Origin: Amoeboaphelidium protococcarum X5
Taxonomy: Eukaryota; Fungi; Aphelidiomycota
Reading direction: 5' to 3'
Assembly: GCA_023515725.1 (NCBI GenBank)
Contig: JALDTO010000266.1
Span: 107,344-171,343 of the forward strand
Length of the DNA: 64,000 nucleotides
Position numbers and translations under genes: made by a program. The notes beneath the pieces are model-generated. The model was given only the letters and a program-made list of their open reading frames with translations. It did no database searches and was not told where the DNA came from. Shown here in pieces: positions 37,431-51,871 of this stretch. Position 1 is the stretch's first letter; each line of letters starts with the position of its first letter.

Positions 37431-39974
37431 TCAATGCTACTTTAGCATGTCTCTGTGCAGAATACCAATTGATTGCGAATCACCATTCAATTCACTTAAG
37501 CCAATACTTTCACCTTATCCTGGGGAATCCACATCCACACAGCTCAGAGCATCCAATAGACCAGAGCTTTTCACCTGTATGCCTTCATAAAATGCTTTCC
37601 TCTTTACAGAATTCACAATACAGTTATTCAAGTTCAGTATCTATCTCTCAGATTCATCCACACGCTGATGAATGACATGGCGAAAATCATAAGCTATCTA
37701 CTCCAGAATAGATTTCTTTCCATAGACAATCTTGTCCAACTGAGAGCGAACACGAGGCGATTTTCTAACCTGATGCTTAATCTTACGCGTCAATCTACGC
37801 CTCAAAGTACTCTTGGCATCGAGTAATACAGCAGTCATAGTTCCCACTGAGGCCACAGTAAACGTTGCCCATAACCATTACGTGCCAGTCTTTAGACCAA
37901 ACATGCGACCAGTGTGATAGATAGTCTGCGCCATCTTGGTATATCCAACAAAACCACCGACAATAATGGTAGCACTGCCCAAAGACACACCGACAAGACC
38001 AAAATGTTGAGGAATATCAATAAAGTCCATTACGTCAACCTTAGGTTGAATCAGACTGTCAGCACGCAATTATACATCAGTGATAGACTGAGGAATTTTG
38101 GCAGCCAGAGATTCCATGGCAATAGCATCAGACCATCCGGGCACATTCTTATCAGCATACGTGTAAAGATTAATCACTGAAGTATTAGTCAATTCGAGAG
38201 TATCCTGATCCAACTTGGCGAATTCTTTGAATAACTCCTAGTTGCACTTTCTAACAATTGCATCAGCATACTGCCAGATGCGCAATACACCCGGATATTC
38301 AACAGAATCAACGAGACCCTGCACTTGATCAACGAATTTCTCAATAATCAATCTAGATTCATGCTGCACAGTAGTGTCCACATCACGAGACATTTCTTCA
38401 ACTCTCTGCTCGAAAATCTTCTTAAATTCCATCAATTGTTGATGCTGAGGAGATAAAGTGTGCAGAAGACTTTCCGATAGCTCACACTCTTCCAAAGCCT
38501 TATCACCATTAGCAGTAGCGATACTCAGTAAATCAGCCAAGGTGTTCTCCAAATAAGCTTTGGCTGGACACAATTTAGATAGAATCCTCTTATGAATGAG
38601 AAATGACTTTAGACTCGATTCCAACATAAGAAACGACTAATCCATTGAGGATAAAATCATATCACGCTCCTCAATATCCTGCATTGGGACATTCTTGAGT
38701 ATATCAATTCTTTTCAGCTCATTATATAAATACTTTTTCGCACTAATAAAATGAACAAAATCTTTCTACTTGGCATAGGTTCGCGGTAATAGAGAAGAAA
38801 CCTGACGCAAAATGGATCTCTTGCACCTCTCCATAGCCGCTACACCAGACTTTGTAAAGGTTGAATTCGAAGGTCCGCTCTCAGCAATAACATCAAACTT
38901 ATTCGCAGCTATAAACATGAATGGCTTCTCTCTACTAGCTTCAGTGATAAACTCTATGCCAGACATTGTGAAATGATTCTCAGCACTAACTACAAATATC
39001 ACAGCATCAATCTCATCCGACCTGGCAAAGACTGACATTGTCTTGGCAGTATCTCTATTCAGACCGGGAGAGTCGACAAACTTCACATCAGTAACACCAT
39101 TATGGAGAATAGAGTCACTGCTGTTCTAGCAATAAACTTTATACTGAGTATTACTCTACTTCACATACTACTACTACTACTACTATTACTCATCTTCTGT
39201 ATCGCTACCTCCAACCAGATCATGCAACTTTTCCATATCATAACGTTAATAAGTGCTCTAATCATTACTACTATACTTATCAACACGATCATTGTGAATC
39301 TCGTGTATTTCCTCAACTTGAACTCCAGCAGTATTCTAGTTGAGGGAAGCATCAACAACCTCAACAAATCCAGCAGTACATGGCTACATGTCCATAGGCA
39401 ACACCTCGCGCTTCAGCAGAGCATTAATCAAAGTACTTTTGCCAGAATTCACGTCGCCAGTCACCAGCACTTTGCAAGATGTATCGACAATACGCGCTCG
39501 CAATTTATCAATGTGACTTTTACACTAATTCAGCTTCTACAGTATCAATCTAGATTATGACTTGGGATCGAGTGTGCATAGTAATGCTTCTTAGTCAAGC
39601 AACATTCTTCTACGAGCGATCGGTGAGTATGGATTCATAGCAGAAGACTGGGCAAGATCAAGCTTGAGCACAGACATTGTGTTATCATTATCGATAGGAT
39701 ACATCGCTTCATGGGCCTCAACACCATCCGCTGCATCTGTAATAGTATCTTGAACTCTTTACAAGATATTCAGCAACTACGACTAAGTATTACGATATAA
39801 ATCCTGCTCCATACTGATATTCTCAGCCAACAGGGAATTGTACATCATTGAGGACTCCATCATTCTAGCGCTATCATCCTCATCATGTTGACGGCCATTC
39901 CTTGATTACTATTACTACTAATACTACTGATCACCTAGTGTCGGAATATCATCAAATTAAATCTACTTAGACAT
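37431..39974 (-). CDS. FZO1: Mitofusin Fzo1
   Basis: KVLVTGDVNSGKSTLINALL, QPCT, VDSPGLNRD, EIDAVIFVVSAENHFT, NKFD, HFISA, and a C-terminal TM region. Confidence 0.96.
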
Positions 39975-40626
39975 TTCTAATACCGTAGTCAAATATATAT
40001 ATCAGGCTTAAATTAAATCAATCAACGTCACTGTTTAGAAAACGATTAAATGGACTCAACACGAAAAAAGACGATGACTTTCTTTCTCTCGCGAGTTTAG
40101 ATACAATACCAAAAAATATTGACAGGAAGAGGAGAGAGAGAGAGAGAGTGTGTGTGTGATCGTTTGATGATGATGAAAAGTCGTCGCTTCACTCTGTTGA
40201 AATGAAAGAAGAGTCACCCGATCAAAGAACCAATATGCTCTCGGCGAATCAGATTGGAGCTAATTTATAACTTTAAAATCAAGCGCTGAAGTCGACCTAT
40301 CCATCATTCATTAGTTAGTTAGTAAGAACGAACCTCTATACTTTCTTTCACGAATAGTATCGACTAAAAATAAAGATATCTTAAAACCAATAAACTACTA
40401 TTTCAACTTTCCAGATAAATGAGTCAACCAGTAAAGAGCCAAATTCAACCATCCTCATCATCATCGCGTTTTCTGTTTCAACTTTCCGTTTCGCGTACAG
40501 TCTTCTTAACTTTCTTGGCAGCTAGATAGGTGGGTATCATAACGAATTATTATTACACAGGTGGTGGTGATAATATTTATTTAGAGTTAAAACATCTAAT
40601 TTTAATCAACTATCAGTTATTTCAAG

Positions 40627-41994
40627 ATGACTACTCCAAAGAATAGAAAGGTTCAGTTGACTTTTCCTATTCTGCCACACAATGATCTGTTAAAGTGTAT
40701 GAGTGCAACCGGTCTACCACTGAATGATCATGACTTGTAGAAGCCGAACAAGGAGAACATGATGCGTTTCTTTGTCGAGTTTGCCGCCGCTATTATGCAC
40801 ATTCAGTATGGATACATTGGGCAGTATGATACTTCTGCTAATAGTTACGTGATGCAACTCCTCTCTGAAACTTGTGACCATCCTCAACTGCATAAAGACT
40901 CCCTGCCGCACATGTGGTTCTTCAAGGAGCTGACTGCCCTGTTGGAGAATGTTGTTGGAGTGGGTGAGTTTAGTATCAAGGATCTAATAAAGCCAGATCC
41001 TAATAGAATTAAGGTAATTCTGAGTGGCCTGGTTAACTTTTTACGATTCAGAGAGGATTCAATGAGCATTTATGAGGAACTGGCAGCAAAGTCTGAGTAA
41101 ATATTAAAGTAGAAGGAGGCTGCGATTGTGAAGCACTAGTAATTGAAATAAAAGTTGGATGAACTGAAGAGAAAGAGGTAGGAGTAGATATCTAAAGCTG
41201 CCCAGATGGAGGATGATAATATCAGATTGTCGCATATGGTTCAGTCACGTCTGACAGATGGTGATAAGTTGAGAAAGAGGGGAGATGCTGCCTAGTAAGA
41301 GTGCTCCTCTGTTGAAAGTAAAATTGAGAATGTTAGTCAGTAGATTCATGGCCTTAATGAAGAGTGTCAGAGACTGCAATCTTTAATTGTACCGAATCCA
41401 CAAGAGTTGAAGGATGGCATCAGAAAGTTGAGAGATAAGTAGAAAGAGCTTAAGTCTCATTATCAGCACGAGGATTAGAAGCGTAATGAAATTGAAAGTA
41501 AAATTGGATCTTTATCTCAGATTGAGCATGACCTTATGGAATGTATATCTGTGCTGGATGGATGCTCTTTGCAAAATAATCAGTTAACTGATCTTGAGGG
41601 TGAAGTCAGAACTCTGGAGAATGAAGTGTCCACTCTGGTTGGTAGTGTAAAGGAGGCTGAGCTGCGTGTCGGCAAGTTGTGTCAAATGCATCAGACTGAA
41701 GTGAAGAAAGTGGAATTGCTCAAGACCAAGTTGGACTAAAAGGTGATGAAAGCGAAATCTGAATTTGACAAGGTGTAATCTGAATGGACGTCTTACATTT
41801 AGCAGCGCAATCAGTCTAATAATCCGTAAATTTAGGAATAGCGCGACATTATCGCTGATATTCAGGCCAAGACTGCTACTCTGACTGAGGATTATGAATT
41901 AATGGAGTAGAACATTAATAACTCCATCGCGGAACTCGGAAATAATCTGCAATTGTATATGAATGCTTTAAAGTTGGAAATGAACCATGTTTGA
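40627..41994 (+). CDS. NUF2: Kinetochore NDC80 complex subunit Nuf2
   Basis: TFPIL, DL.KP, FSIKDLIKPDPNRIKVILSGLVNFLRFRE, then a long coiled coil. Confidence 0.93.
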
Positions 41995-42103
41995 TTATAC
42001 TACAATGACTTGTTTACTTTGTATTATGTTTAGCTGTGCTTTGTTATAAGATCACACATATTCCATCTACTTCTCCACTTTCTTTTTTTACTCTTTACTA
42101 TTC

Positions 42104-43810
42104 ATGCAGAGATTTGCGCGTAGATTACAAGAAACTCGACGCCTTTCATTGCAATAGCAGCGATTTATCATCACATCTTAATTGTTAGATATGTCTGACA
42201 TTAAAGAGCTATAAGAGAAGTAAAAGTTGTTGATCGAATAGATGCAGCAGTTGCGCGCATAGAACGCCAGCGATGAAGAGATCACGCCAATCACGCAATA
42301 GTTGAAGAATATCAAGATGTAGATTAAGAAATTGAGTCCTGCCAAAGAAAGTGGTGACAAGTCTAATTAAAAGTCTACCGCTAAATCTACAGATACGAGT
42401 AAGAATGGCAAGCTCACTGTCAAGACTCCCAAGGGAACTATTGATTACAAGCCAGCTGATATGGCCATTCGCGAAAAGATCTTCTAGACCATCACCACAG
42501 TGTTTAAGCGTCATGGCTCTGTAACGATCGACACGCCCGTCTTTGAGCTGAAAGAGATACTCCAAGGTAAGTATGGCGAAGATAGTAAACTCATCTATGA
42601 CCTGGCTGACTAGGGAGGCGAGTTGTGTTCCCTTCGCTATGATCTCACTGTTCCGTTTGCGCGTTATCTGGCCACCAACACTGATTGCAAGACTCCGATG
42701 AAGAGGTATCACATTGCCAAGGTGTATCGCCGCGATCAGCCTGTAATGACCAAGGGTAGGATGCGCGAGTTTTATCAGTGTGATTATGACATTGCCGGCG
42801 TGTATGAGCGCATGGTTCCCGATAGTGAGTGTGTACGCGTGATGTGTGAGATCTTGAAGGAGTTGGACATTGGGTAGTTTGTGGTGAAGATTAATCATCG
42901 CTAGATCTTGGATGGTATGTTTGAGGCTTGTGGTGTGCCAGCGGATAAGTTTAGAAGTATCTGCTCGGCCGTGGATAAACTTGACAAGATGGCGTGGTCG
43001 GATGTCAAGAATGAGATGATTATCGATAAGGGTCTAAATAATTAGACTGCGGACGCTATTGGGGAGTATGTCAAGTTGAGCGGCGGTTCTGAGCTGATTG
43101 AGCAGTTGTTGAAAGATGATCGTATCGCTGGCAATGTCTCAGCCAAGTAGGGACTTGACGACATGAAGTAGATGTTCAAGTTTTTGGATATCCTAGGCGT
43201 GTCCAAGTATGTACGCTTTGATCTGTCCCTTGCCAGAGGTCTTGATTATTACACTGGTGTTATCTATGAGGCTATTGTTGAGAAGATCAATCTTCCATCC
43301 ACGTCCAAGGAGGATGAAGGTGTCGGTGTTGGTTCTATTGCAGGAGGAGGTCGCTATGATAATCTGGTGGGTATGTTCGCCCAGAGTAAGAATAGCTAGA
43401 TTCCGTGTGTTGGCTTCTCTGTCGGTGTGGAGCGTATCTACTCAATCTTGAAGTATAAGCATGAACAGGAACAGACCAAGGAGAGGCAAATATCCACTGA
43501 TGTTTATGTGGCCTCCATCGATGGACTCCTGGAAGAGAGAATGAAGATTTGTGCAGAACTCTGGGATGCCGGTATCAGTGCTGATTTCATGTACAAGAAC
43601 AAGCCAAAGTTGCCAAAGCAGTTTGATTACTGTGATAAAAGCGAGAATTAGATTCCTTGGTGTGTGATTATTGGTAGCGATGAGGTTAAGAATGGACAGG
43701 TGCGTATCAAGGACATGAAGCTCATGACTGATGACCCTGCTATTAAGATGGGTGTCTTAGTAAAGCGCGAAAATCTGGTGTAAGAACTTGCCTCAAGATT
43801 GAAGAAATGA
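42104..43810 (+). CDS. HTS1: Histidyl-tRNA synthetase (upstream ATG 42104 adds a mitochondrial presequence; cytosolic start at 42191)
   Basis: [62 protein letters not shown]. Confidence 0.98.
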
Positions 43811-43978
43811 TAATATCAATTTCATTACTCTCTGTATTTATAGTACTTTTCTTACTACGTGACAGGTTCAACTTGTGTGCTATTGTCGGAGCGTTTTCTC
43901 TTTCTCGTGCCAAAAGTGTTATTTAACTCAATTACGCGGGTAGAACTTTTCTCATCTCTGACAGTCGTCTGATTAGAA

Positions 43979-44260
43979 ATGGTCAAGAGCTAGAGACCTC
44001 CCTGCTAAAAGTTTGCCTGCGAAATACAAGATTGCTTAGTACGGAATGGTAAGAGATTATTGTCTTTATTACCGAATTACCTCATTTGATATTACTGTAA
44101 TTAATTGATGCGCGTAGATTATGATAAAGACAAGTGTTTGAAGGAAGTTGAAGCTTTGCGTCAGTGTTGCTTTAGACTGTTTGATCGGGGCGGTGAAAGT
44201 GTCAGTTGTTCAAATAAATGGAAAGCTGAATGGCTTGCTTTGGCTAAGAAATCTTAATGA
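43979..44260 (+). CDS. CMC4: Cx9C mitochondrial protein Cmc4/MTCP1 family (intron 44049-44117)
   Basis: PPCQKFACEIQDCLVRNDYDKDKCLKEVEALRQCC...SVSC after removal of a GTAAG..TAG intron. Confidence 0.88.
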
Positions 44261-44480
44261 TCTAGCTCAGTTGCATACTCTTAAAAAATGTAAATTTAGA
44301 TTCATAATGGTTATCTTATTCATTCTTCGTTCTATGGTCTTGCCTGCTTGTTAGGGGTTGTTGTTACCAAGCGCTTTACTTCATCGCGCGATGGAATTTT
44401 AATATTTTTGTTCGCTGATCAATTGCGCATCTTTTGAACACCATCTATTTTCTGTTAGATTTACAGTCAGCAATTCCAAA

Positions 44481-45506
44481 ATGAAATTTATCACTTGGCC
44501 ATCGTTATTAATAGCTTTGAGCTTATGCTCTCTGTCTACTTTCGCATAAAGCGATGATGGCGATTATGATGATACTTCCCGCGGATCCAAGCAGTAGTAG
44601 CAACACTAAGGTCAATATGAAGATCCATCTGAAAAGTAGCGCCGCGAACTAGACTATCGAATTTGGGATCTGATGGATGACATGGTGGCGTATTTCGGTG
44701 AGGGTAAGAATTGGTATGAGGTGCTCAGTGTGCCTGACAATGCTCCCGCTGCAGAGATTACCAAATCGTACAAGAAGCTATCCCTCCAGTATCACCCGGA
44801 CAAGAATGATGCTCCAGATGCAGATAAGAAGTTTAAAGCACTGGGCGGTGTGGCTAAGATTCTAAGAGATCGCTAGTCTCGAGTGCGTTATAATCACTGG
44901 CTGCACACGGGCATACCATTCTGGCGCGGTAGTAAATTTTACTTTAGAAAGAGCGAGAATTTGAGTGTCACCGCCTCCTTCCTTCTGGTACTAATCGGTG
45001 CTACTTGTGTGCAATATGCGGCCCAGTTTGTAAACTATTTGTAGATTAAAGCGGGCTTGAGACTGTTGGCTTTGAAGAGGGATTAGATGTAGTTGTAGTA
45101 GAAGTCTAAGAAGTCTCCCATTGGAAGCCCGCGCGGTAGTAGGGATAGTATTAATAAACTTGCCGGTAAATAGCAAGTAGGAGGTGGTGCATCAGGTACT
45201 GGAATGAGCAAGCGGTAGATGAAAAAAGCTAGATCTTCTGATTCTATTAACAATCTGAATTCTATCGGTGGTGGTGCCAACTGTCGACCGTCGCTGTTCG
45301 ATGATAGCAATATAAAGAAGGCCGTGGACTACCTGGTGCTGCATCATTAGATTATACCAGAGCACATCTTTGACAAGCATGAATGGGATATCACGATCGA
45401 GCAGGAGTTCAATGGTAATTAATAAGCTCTAGATGCCCGAATTCCTAATCCATTCAAGACATTATTTGTCTTTTATCCACTAAGGAAATTGCTCAATATG
45501 AGTTGA
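44481..45506 (+). CDS. ER membrane J-domain protein (Erj5/DNAJC1-like)
   Basis: Signal peptide, DYRIWDL, J domain with HPD, RYNHWL.TG.P.WRG..FYF, then a TM helix. Confidence 0.85.
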
Positions 45507-45680
45507 ATTTTTTATTATAGTGACAATGCATGCTATGAGAGATTATTATAGTTTCAATCAATTTAATGGGTCTAGTAGATTTTGTTTCCAAGGTTAATAT
45601 GAACACTATTTTTAAAGCTTTCGAATCTGCATTGACATCTCTTCCGCATTGTTTTCTTGAAATAATAATAATTAACTGAA

Positions 45681-46181
45681 ATGATGTTCATGTTCAAAAT
45701 TGTGGTTGTATTCCCCGTCATGGCGTAAATAGTTTCAGCTGAGGTTGTTTACTCCTTTGGTGCTATATTCGGTGCTGCTTGTGACACGCCTAAAAATCTT
45801 TCCGCTGCGTGTCGCAATGGCTCAATCTGCTGCGGATAAGAGGACTATCATCTGCTTGTGTTTTGCATTAAGGAAGACACCTCTGTCCAAGTCAACACAA
45901 CTTGCGGTGGCGGTTCGCGCGCGTCATACTCTCCTGTGGATGCGTCTTACTGTGGCGGGTTGCTAAGTGGCTCTACTTTGGTCCCATACTTGCAAAATGG
46001 CGGACCAAAGTCAAACTTTTTTCCGTCAGACACCAACTACACTTAATTTGCATACGTGTCCACCAAGTGTCCAGGCTTTAACGGCACTTCAAACAACTCT
46101 GGTCGCACCTCATGGCCGATTCTTTCTTCTATGCTGTTGACTGTTGTAAGTATAGTGGCTCTTTTAGCAGTGTAAGTTTGA
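45681..46181 (+). CDS. Small secreted Cys-rich, probably GPI-anchored surface protein
   Basis: 166 aa with a hydrophobic N-terminus, 8 Cys, several NxS/T sequons, and NNSG followed by a hydrophobic C-terminal tail. Confidence 0.7.
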
Positions 46182-46347
46182 AATGTTTATACTTTGATGG
46201 CTATAAATTGAAACTTGACGTATGAGAATGTAATGCTGTTTAAATCATGAATTGATTGATCTTCCCTTTGTCTACATTAAGTAGAAAGGATGAAAGACAC
46301 CATTGATAATACATGACATGAAACTATAAACTGCTTCCAAACTGTTT

Positions 46348-47478
46348 TCAGCCTGAGTCTTGAATCCATACTGGAATGCCTAGAATGAATAATAGCAGCA
46401 GTTAATCAGCAATAATAGATACAGTCAAATAAGCTATACTGACACGCTTCGATTTCGCAATGCTCAACTCATGAATGAATGTAGAAAGAGTGGTAAGACA
46501 GCCACAGAATCCCACTTAAAGCCCAATTGTAATGGTGGTAGAGATTGCATCTAAAATGTCAGGTTTCAACCTTATGATCACCTCCAGAACAGCCAGCACA
46601 GCAGTTCCTAGTATATTGGCACAAAGAGTTCCTAATGCACTCCACCACTTGAAAATAATATTAGCATTCAGACGTGACAGCTACCACCGAAGTATCGTCC
46701 CAGGAGGTCCACTAATTATGGCTATATTCCACCGATACAACCACACTAGTGAGCCAACTCCATTATACAGCTATGGAGATAACAAGATGAACATTAATAT
46801 AAATGAAACATACAATACACTAATAATTCCGACGATAAAAGCCAAATTAAGTGGAGCATTATCATTGCTATGACCACTTCTCAAAGACGCATCTATAGAC
46901 TATATCTCTGGATCTTCAATGTCTGTATCCCGCTCATTCATTTCTATCAATTTCACCTAATCGTGGCTAGTATTCTAGTGCTGTTATTACTACTAAAACT
47001 GCTATGGAATTCTATCAATAGTTTAAATACCATTGGATTGATAATCTTCTGAAGGCTATTACTACTCAATCAATAAGCCAAATCCGACTTTATACAAACC
47101 AAAGCTAGAAGACAGAGTGATAATAAGAACAGCCATGAAGGTGACAATATTTTCTACAATCCATGCAGCATTTTTATTACCGGAAGATGATAATAGAATC
47201 AAGTTATCAAAAGCATCCACATTCATTGATGAGAACGTGGTGAGAGATCCACAGAAACCAACTAGAATATAGGTGGACAATTTTAACTTATATCGAGACT
47301 CTATATGTTATTAATTTGCTTTAACCAATCCATATATAAAACATCCAAGGCATTACGCAGTTATGAATGGAAGTTAACTTTACTGGCTTATGTGTGAGAG
47401 CAAGACTCTGACAGACAGACCCAGCCATGAGAATAGCACCAGAAAGGACACATCTTATAACAAACCATTAATACTCAT
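46348..47478 (-). CDS. FEX1: Fluoride exporter FEX (two CrcB/Fluc domains)
   Basis: GFCGSLTTFSS and GFCGCLTTLSTF motifs; GPPGTILRW; LGTLCANILG. Confidence 0.93.
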
Positions 47479-48108
47479 CTCATAATAATAGAATGAATTT
47501 ATAGTTACATATAATACGGTGTTGATGTAATGAGATTGGGATCTTTGGTAAGATCTGCAATAGATCTACAGAAACGGAGGAAAGAAAGACGAAGATCAAA
47601 AAGAGTCGATGAGAATTCAAGAAGACGCACGTCAAATCGCTTTAGCTACTATAACTCAAACAAACTTTATTCATATAGGACGGTATTGCATTTTAACATT
47701 TATAGTTCCGGTATTGCTCTGAAGCGGTAATTACACAACCTCGGTCTCTTTCCCGCAGTAATACTCGAGAAAATCTAGAGCCATACTCGTAGTGGATATC
47801 AATTCTACATAAACTCATGACATTGTAACAATAAGATAAGCACTTTAATTTAGAAATAATCTTACCGTCCTCAGAGAATCGCTGGTAATGATACAAGTGC
47901 AAGTGCAGCTATTCATCAATAGAGTTGATGGAGAAGAGTAGTGACTAGTTGAACTTGGCTGCAAATCCCAATCGTCGATTGTTGGAACTTATAACTGCAG
48001 ACGCACGAGTTCTCTGAGTCTATGAGCCAATTTCTGCTACACAATACATTTCTCCTTTCTATAGAGAAGGCTCCAAATGCAGAGTGCCGACATCTTGAAC
48101 AAGCAGCT

Positions 48109-51100
48109 TCACCGTACCAATACATTACACAGGAACATTACGCTAATCTACAAGATATAAATTTGAAATTCAAGTGTCTGGCAACTACTAAGATTACCTT
48201 TGGCTCCCTTCTACTAATTGATGCTCTGTAAATAAGATATACTGGCATCCTCTAGCCGCTTAATCCATTAATTACGAGATTTGACATCTTTTGCTTTCAC
48301 AAATACAGAATAATCTCCATTAACAAGTTGAATACAATGCTCCGGATTGCCACTGACATCGTAATCATTCGCAGTCACTTTCTTGACCAACAACTTTTCC
48401 AGCGCAAATGGACTGCGATAGAGGAGAAACTTCTCACCATTGCTTCCTTGAGGTTCGCATAGAATGAGAGAATCATTAAAGATGAAGCACTCGAGTTTAC
48501 GACCACTCTTGGCTTTCTCCAACTGGCCCTAAAAGAGTAGTTCTCGAGGGCCGGCGTGCCTAGTATTCGATAAAAGATCCAGTTTCTATCCTTGCTATTT
48601 CAGAGGGCTAAGATCAATCTTGCCGACAGCTTCTTCCAACTTTTTCCTGTTATCAAAAGATCTCGTGGCATCGTTTACTACGCGCAGTAAGGCTTCCATC
48701 TGAGAGAGAGCTTTGATCAATTACGCCTAATCCTCATGACCTTTCCGAGTGTAATGAAGAATTTGCTTGATCAAAAGAGGATATCTGGTGATGCGTTGCA
48801 TTGGCTCCAGCAGAAAACTGGACAGATCCAACAGCTTGCCACCGGGCTTGAGCATCTATGTCTTGAGAAATTGTTAGAGTTAAGGGCTTTACGTTCTCAA
48901 TTTCTATAGTAGTTGACTTGCTGTGAACTGATTTCGACAGTACGGAATATAACACAAAAGAGACAATTCACTTTCCAGAGATGAGTCAATCCGAAGGCCA
49001 GGCAGCCTATCTGCAACTTTAGTGTATTCCAAAAGCACAGAACCAACACCATCGACAACATAATTCGACATAGAGTCAGCTTCTGATAGAGAACGCAAAA
49101 CTTGTTCACTTAATCTGTAAATAGTCTTGATGTTCATGAATATCGAATGAGCGTCCTAAGGAGTAAGTAACCTATGGGACAATAGCGGCTCCATGTACTA
49201 ATCAATAACGACGCTCAAACTGTTGTGATAAGTCTATTCAGTCTAAACGAGTTCGAAAATTGCCTCCTACCGCTTCCGTTCATCTTCTCCCACAGAGTCC
49301 AAGATACCTCGAGGGACGGACTGAGACCAGGTACCTACCTCTATTACCTGGTGTAAACTGCACAGACTCATCAGTGAAATTAGGATTCGTACGCGATCTA
49401 TTACGGCGATGTTTCATAATATCTTTCTTACTATTAGAGGCACCAACACCACCACTAAGTGCAGACAACTTATCAGACTAAATGCTACTCACAGGAGACA
49501 TTACGGGCGTTCTATCCATAGGAAGAGAGACTGGCGATCCAATGACCCTTTCCAAACGAGCAGCTGCAGCACCTTGGTCATCAAACGGATTTATTTAAAT
49601 CTATGGCACAGTTGCCTATTATTTCAAATAACTATATGGAATGTTACCTACTTAGCCCACTCTGCATTTCATGACATCGGTAGACAATATGACGACACCA
49701 ATAGCCCAATCTTGACTCAATTTAGACAATTCAATAAACTAATCTCCAGCACTGAAGCTCAATTCTTCGCAATCTCTGCCTTCATAATCATAGAGGGCTG
49801 TAAATTTAATCAACTTCGTCCCAGTGTCAGATGTATCCCAAATCTTTTGACAGTACGACGATGGACAATATCCACAGTCAAACTGAGAGCTCTATTTTCC
49901 AAAAGTCTAATAGGCATATAGCCATCCTTCATCACTGCCAATAAATTTTCCAATGTACTTCTAATAATCCTGTGCATTGTCTCCAGTAATCACAGTAATG
50001 AAGTCCATTGGTTTGATACACAGGTCGTTCTCTTACTACTTCTCAAACGAGTATAGAACTTTATAAACTGCAATCTTTACATCTGGAGTCGATTATTCAT
50101 ACGTAGAGGCTTAACTCATCTCCAAGACTGGACTTTACACCTTCGGACTTTCTGGCATGGCGTATTAATCATCAAATATGTTATCTCCTTCTTTCAACTC
50201 TGTTGATCCACCAACCTTCTATAACTGCGGTTCCGCCTTCTAATATAAATCTGACATTGACAGCGACTTCATAGAGTTATTAAGTCGACCTATCATGTCA
50301 TAACTAGCAACAGCCACCTTGACTGGCTACTTCTCTACAACATTTTACACCTTGGGAGTTTAATGTTTACTGACATCAATTTGAGCCAGCTAAGTACTTT
50401 AAAACTACTAAGCAATCTCTGACACTTTAGATTACTTTGCTTCAGGAGGTGCAGATTGTTATTACAACGAATTGAACGCTAGACTAGACTTGGACTCGGA
50501 GCTCTGTGTATTACGCTAAATGTCGATAGCTGGTCGCGATAACGCAGCGCCAGTCTAAGACTAACTGATTTTCACTATCTTACCTTAAATGTCCACCGCA
50601 GATTGATCTTTATCAATTAAGATCTTTGGCCTGACAGTTGATTCAGTTGGGACAGCTACAGTTTAAGGTGATCCTTTAACAGCAGAATCTTTATTAATTT
50701 ATTAATCCAAAGTGACAATGCTTGAACTAGATTTCTAATCTTAATCAGAGCTACTAATATTTGCAGAGGAAGATTACGGTTAATCAAAATCAGCTTGAGG
50801 CTTCGAAGGGATATCCATGGTCCTCTAAGGTTCATTATCCTACTTAGCAATCGCATCGCTTTTTGCCCTTTTTAAATCATCTAAGCGGCTTTACTTCTCT
50901 TTCTACACCTTTTAATATTCAGAATTCAACTACTCCATGTCTTTATCCAATTTAGTAAGATGGGAATCAATGTCCTGAAGTTGACCCTGAATTCTGGCCA
51001 CAGACTACAACTTGAGAGACACTGCCACTCGAACTCGATCTAAAAAATCAACTCTATTCTATTAATTTAATTCTGAAGTATCCTATATAGGCAGAGTAAT

Positions 51101-51463
51101 TTCAAAACCAGACTAGAGAATCTACTTTGATTCTGCAATCTTATCTGCGGTGATGACTTGATTCGAAGATCCTAAAGTCGACTTTGAGCTACCGCCGCCA
51201 CCAACACTGATAGCTTCCAGTCTTTTACGTAATAATTCTGCAGCCTTCAACTTTATAGGATCTTATTACGCACTATCCTGTGCTTACTCCAATTGTTTCA
51301 ACAATATTTGACTCTATGCATTGGGTGCAGCTTTAAGAGCGGGTGTGTTGCGTTTCTTCAACTCTTCCAAGCATTAAGATTACTCTTTCTGCAATTTTTC
51401 AACCTGTTCCAGCAGCTAATTTCTCGATCCAGGTAATTTATCCGTATGGGTAATCATATTCAT
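48109..51463 (-). CDS. Intersectin/Cin1-like protein: coiled coil, 2 SH3, RhoGEF (DH), PH (probable intron 49335-49404)
   Basis: SH3 motifs (VLYSF..., ALYDYEG...ELSF..GD..DW), [40 protein letters not shown] 70-nt GTAATA..TAG intron fixes the frame. The 3' end is uncertain. Confidence 0.85.
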
Positions 51464-51871
51464 ATTCAATGATGATGACTAGGTACGATTATCTGCCATT
51501 GATGGTGACATCTTCCACATCTATTAGCGCAAGATTCGTCGTAAAAGGGAAACGGAAATGAAAGTGAGAGGGGAAGAACAAAAGACGCGAGCGCGAAACA
51601 AAACGAATGATCGCCCAAACGACAGCGTGGATGTTGAGTTGCTCTCTCACAACGCCAATTCTCATGATGCGCAATTACAAGGTGCTTTGGATTATTCTGT
51701 AAGTTTTATAGTATACGCCAAAATAGCTTCCGAGTTGCATACTCGCGGTACTATAACATTCTTATCTGTAGAACCGCTTAAATAAACTTAAAGTGAGGGC
51801 GATCGGGAAAGCTGAGACGCGGGAACTGCCGGTATTACTATAGTGCCAATGCTAATTTATAACACATCTTA

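Noticed and set aside
42209-42898. Long antisense ORFs in the track (e.g. 42209-42898, 21157-21663, 39102-39560, 49409-49921, 61053-61598)
   Set aside because: Shadows of real genes on the opposite strand.
49335-49404. Apparent frameshift (AGGTAGGT duplication) in the RhoGEF gene
   Set aside because: A 70-nt GTAATA..TAG intron of typical size restores the frame.
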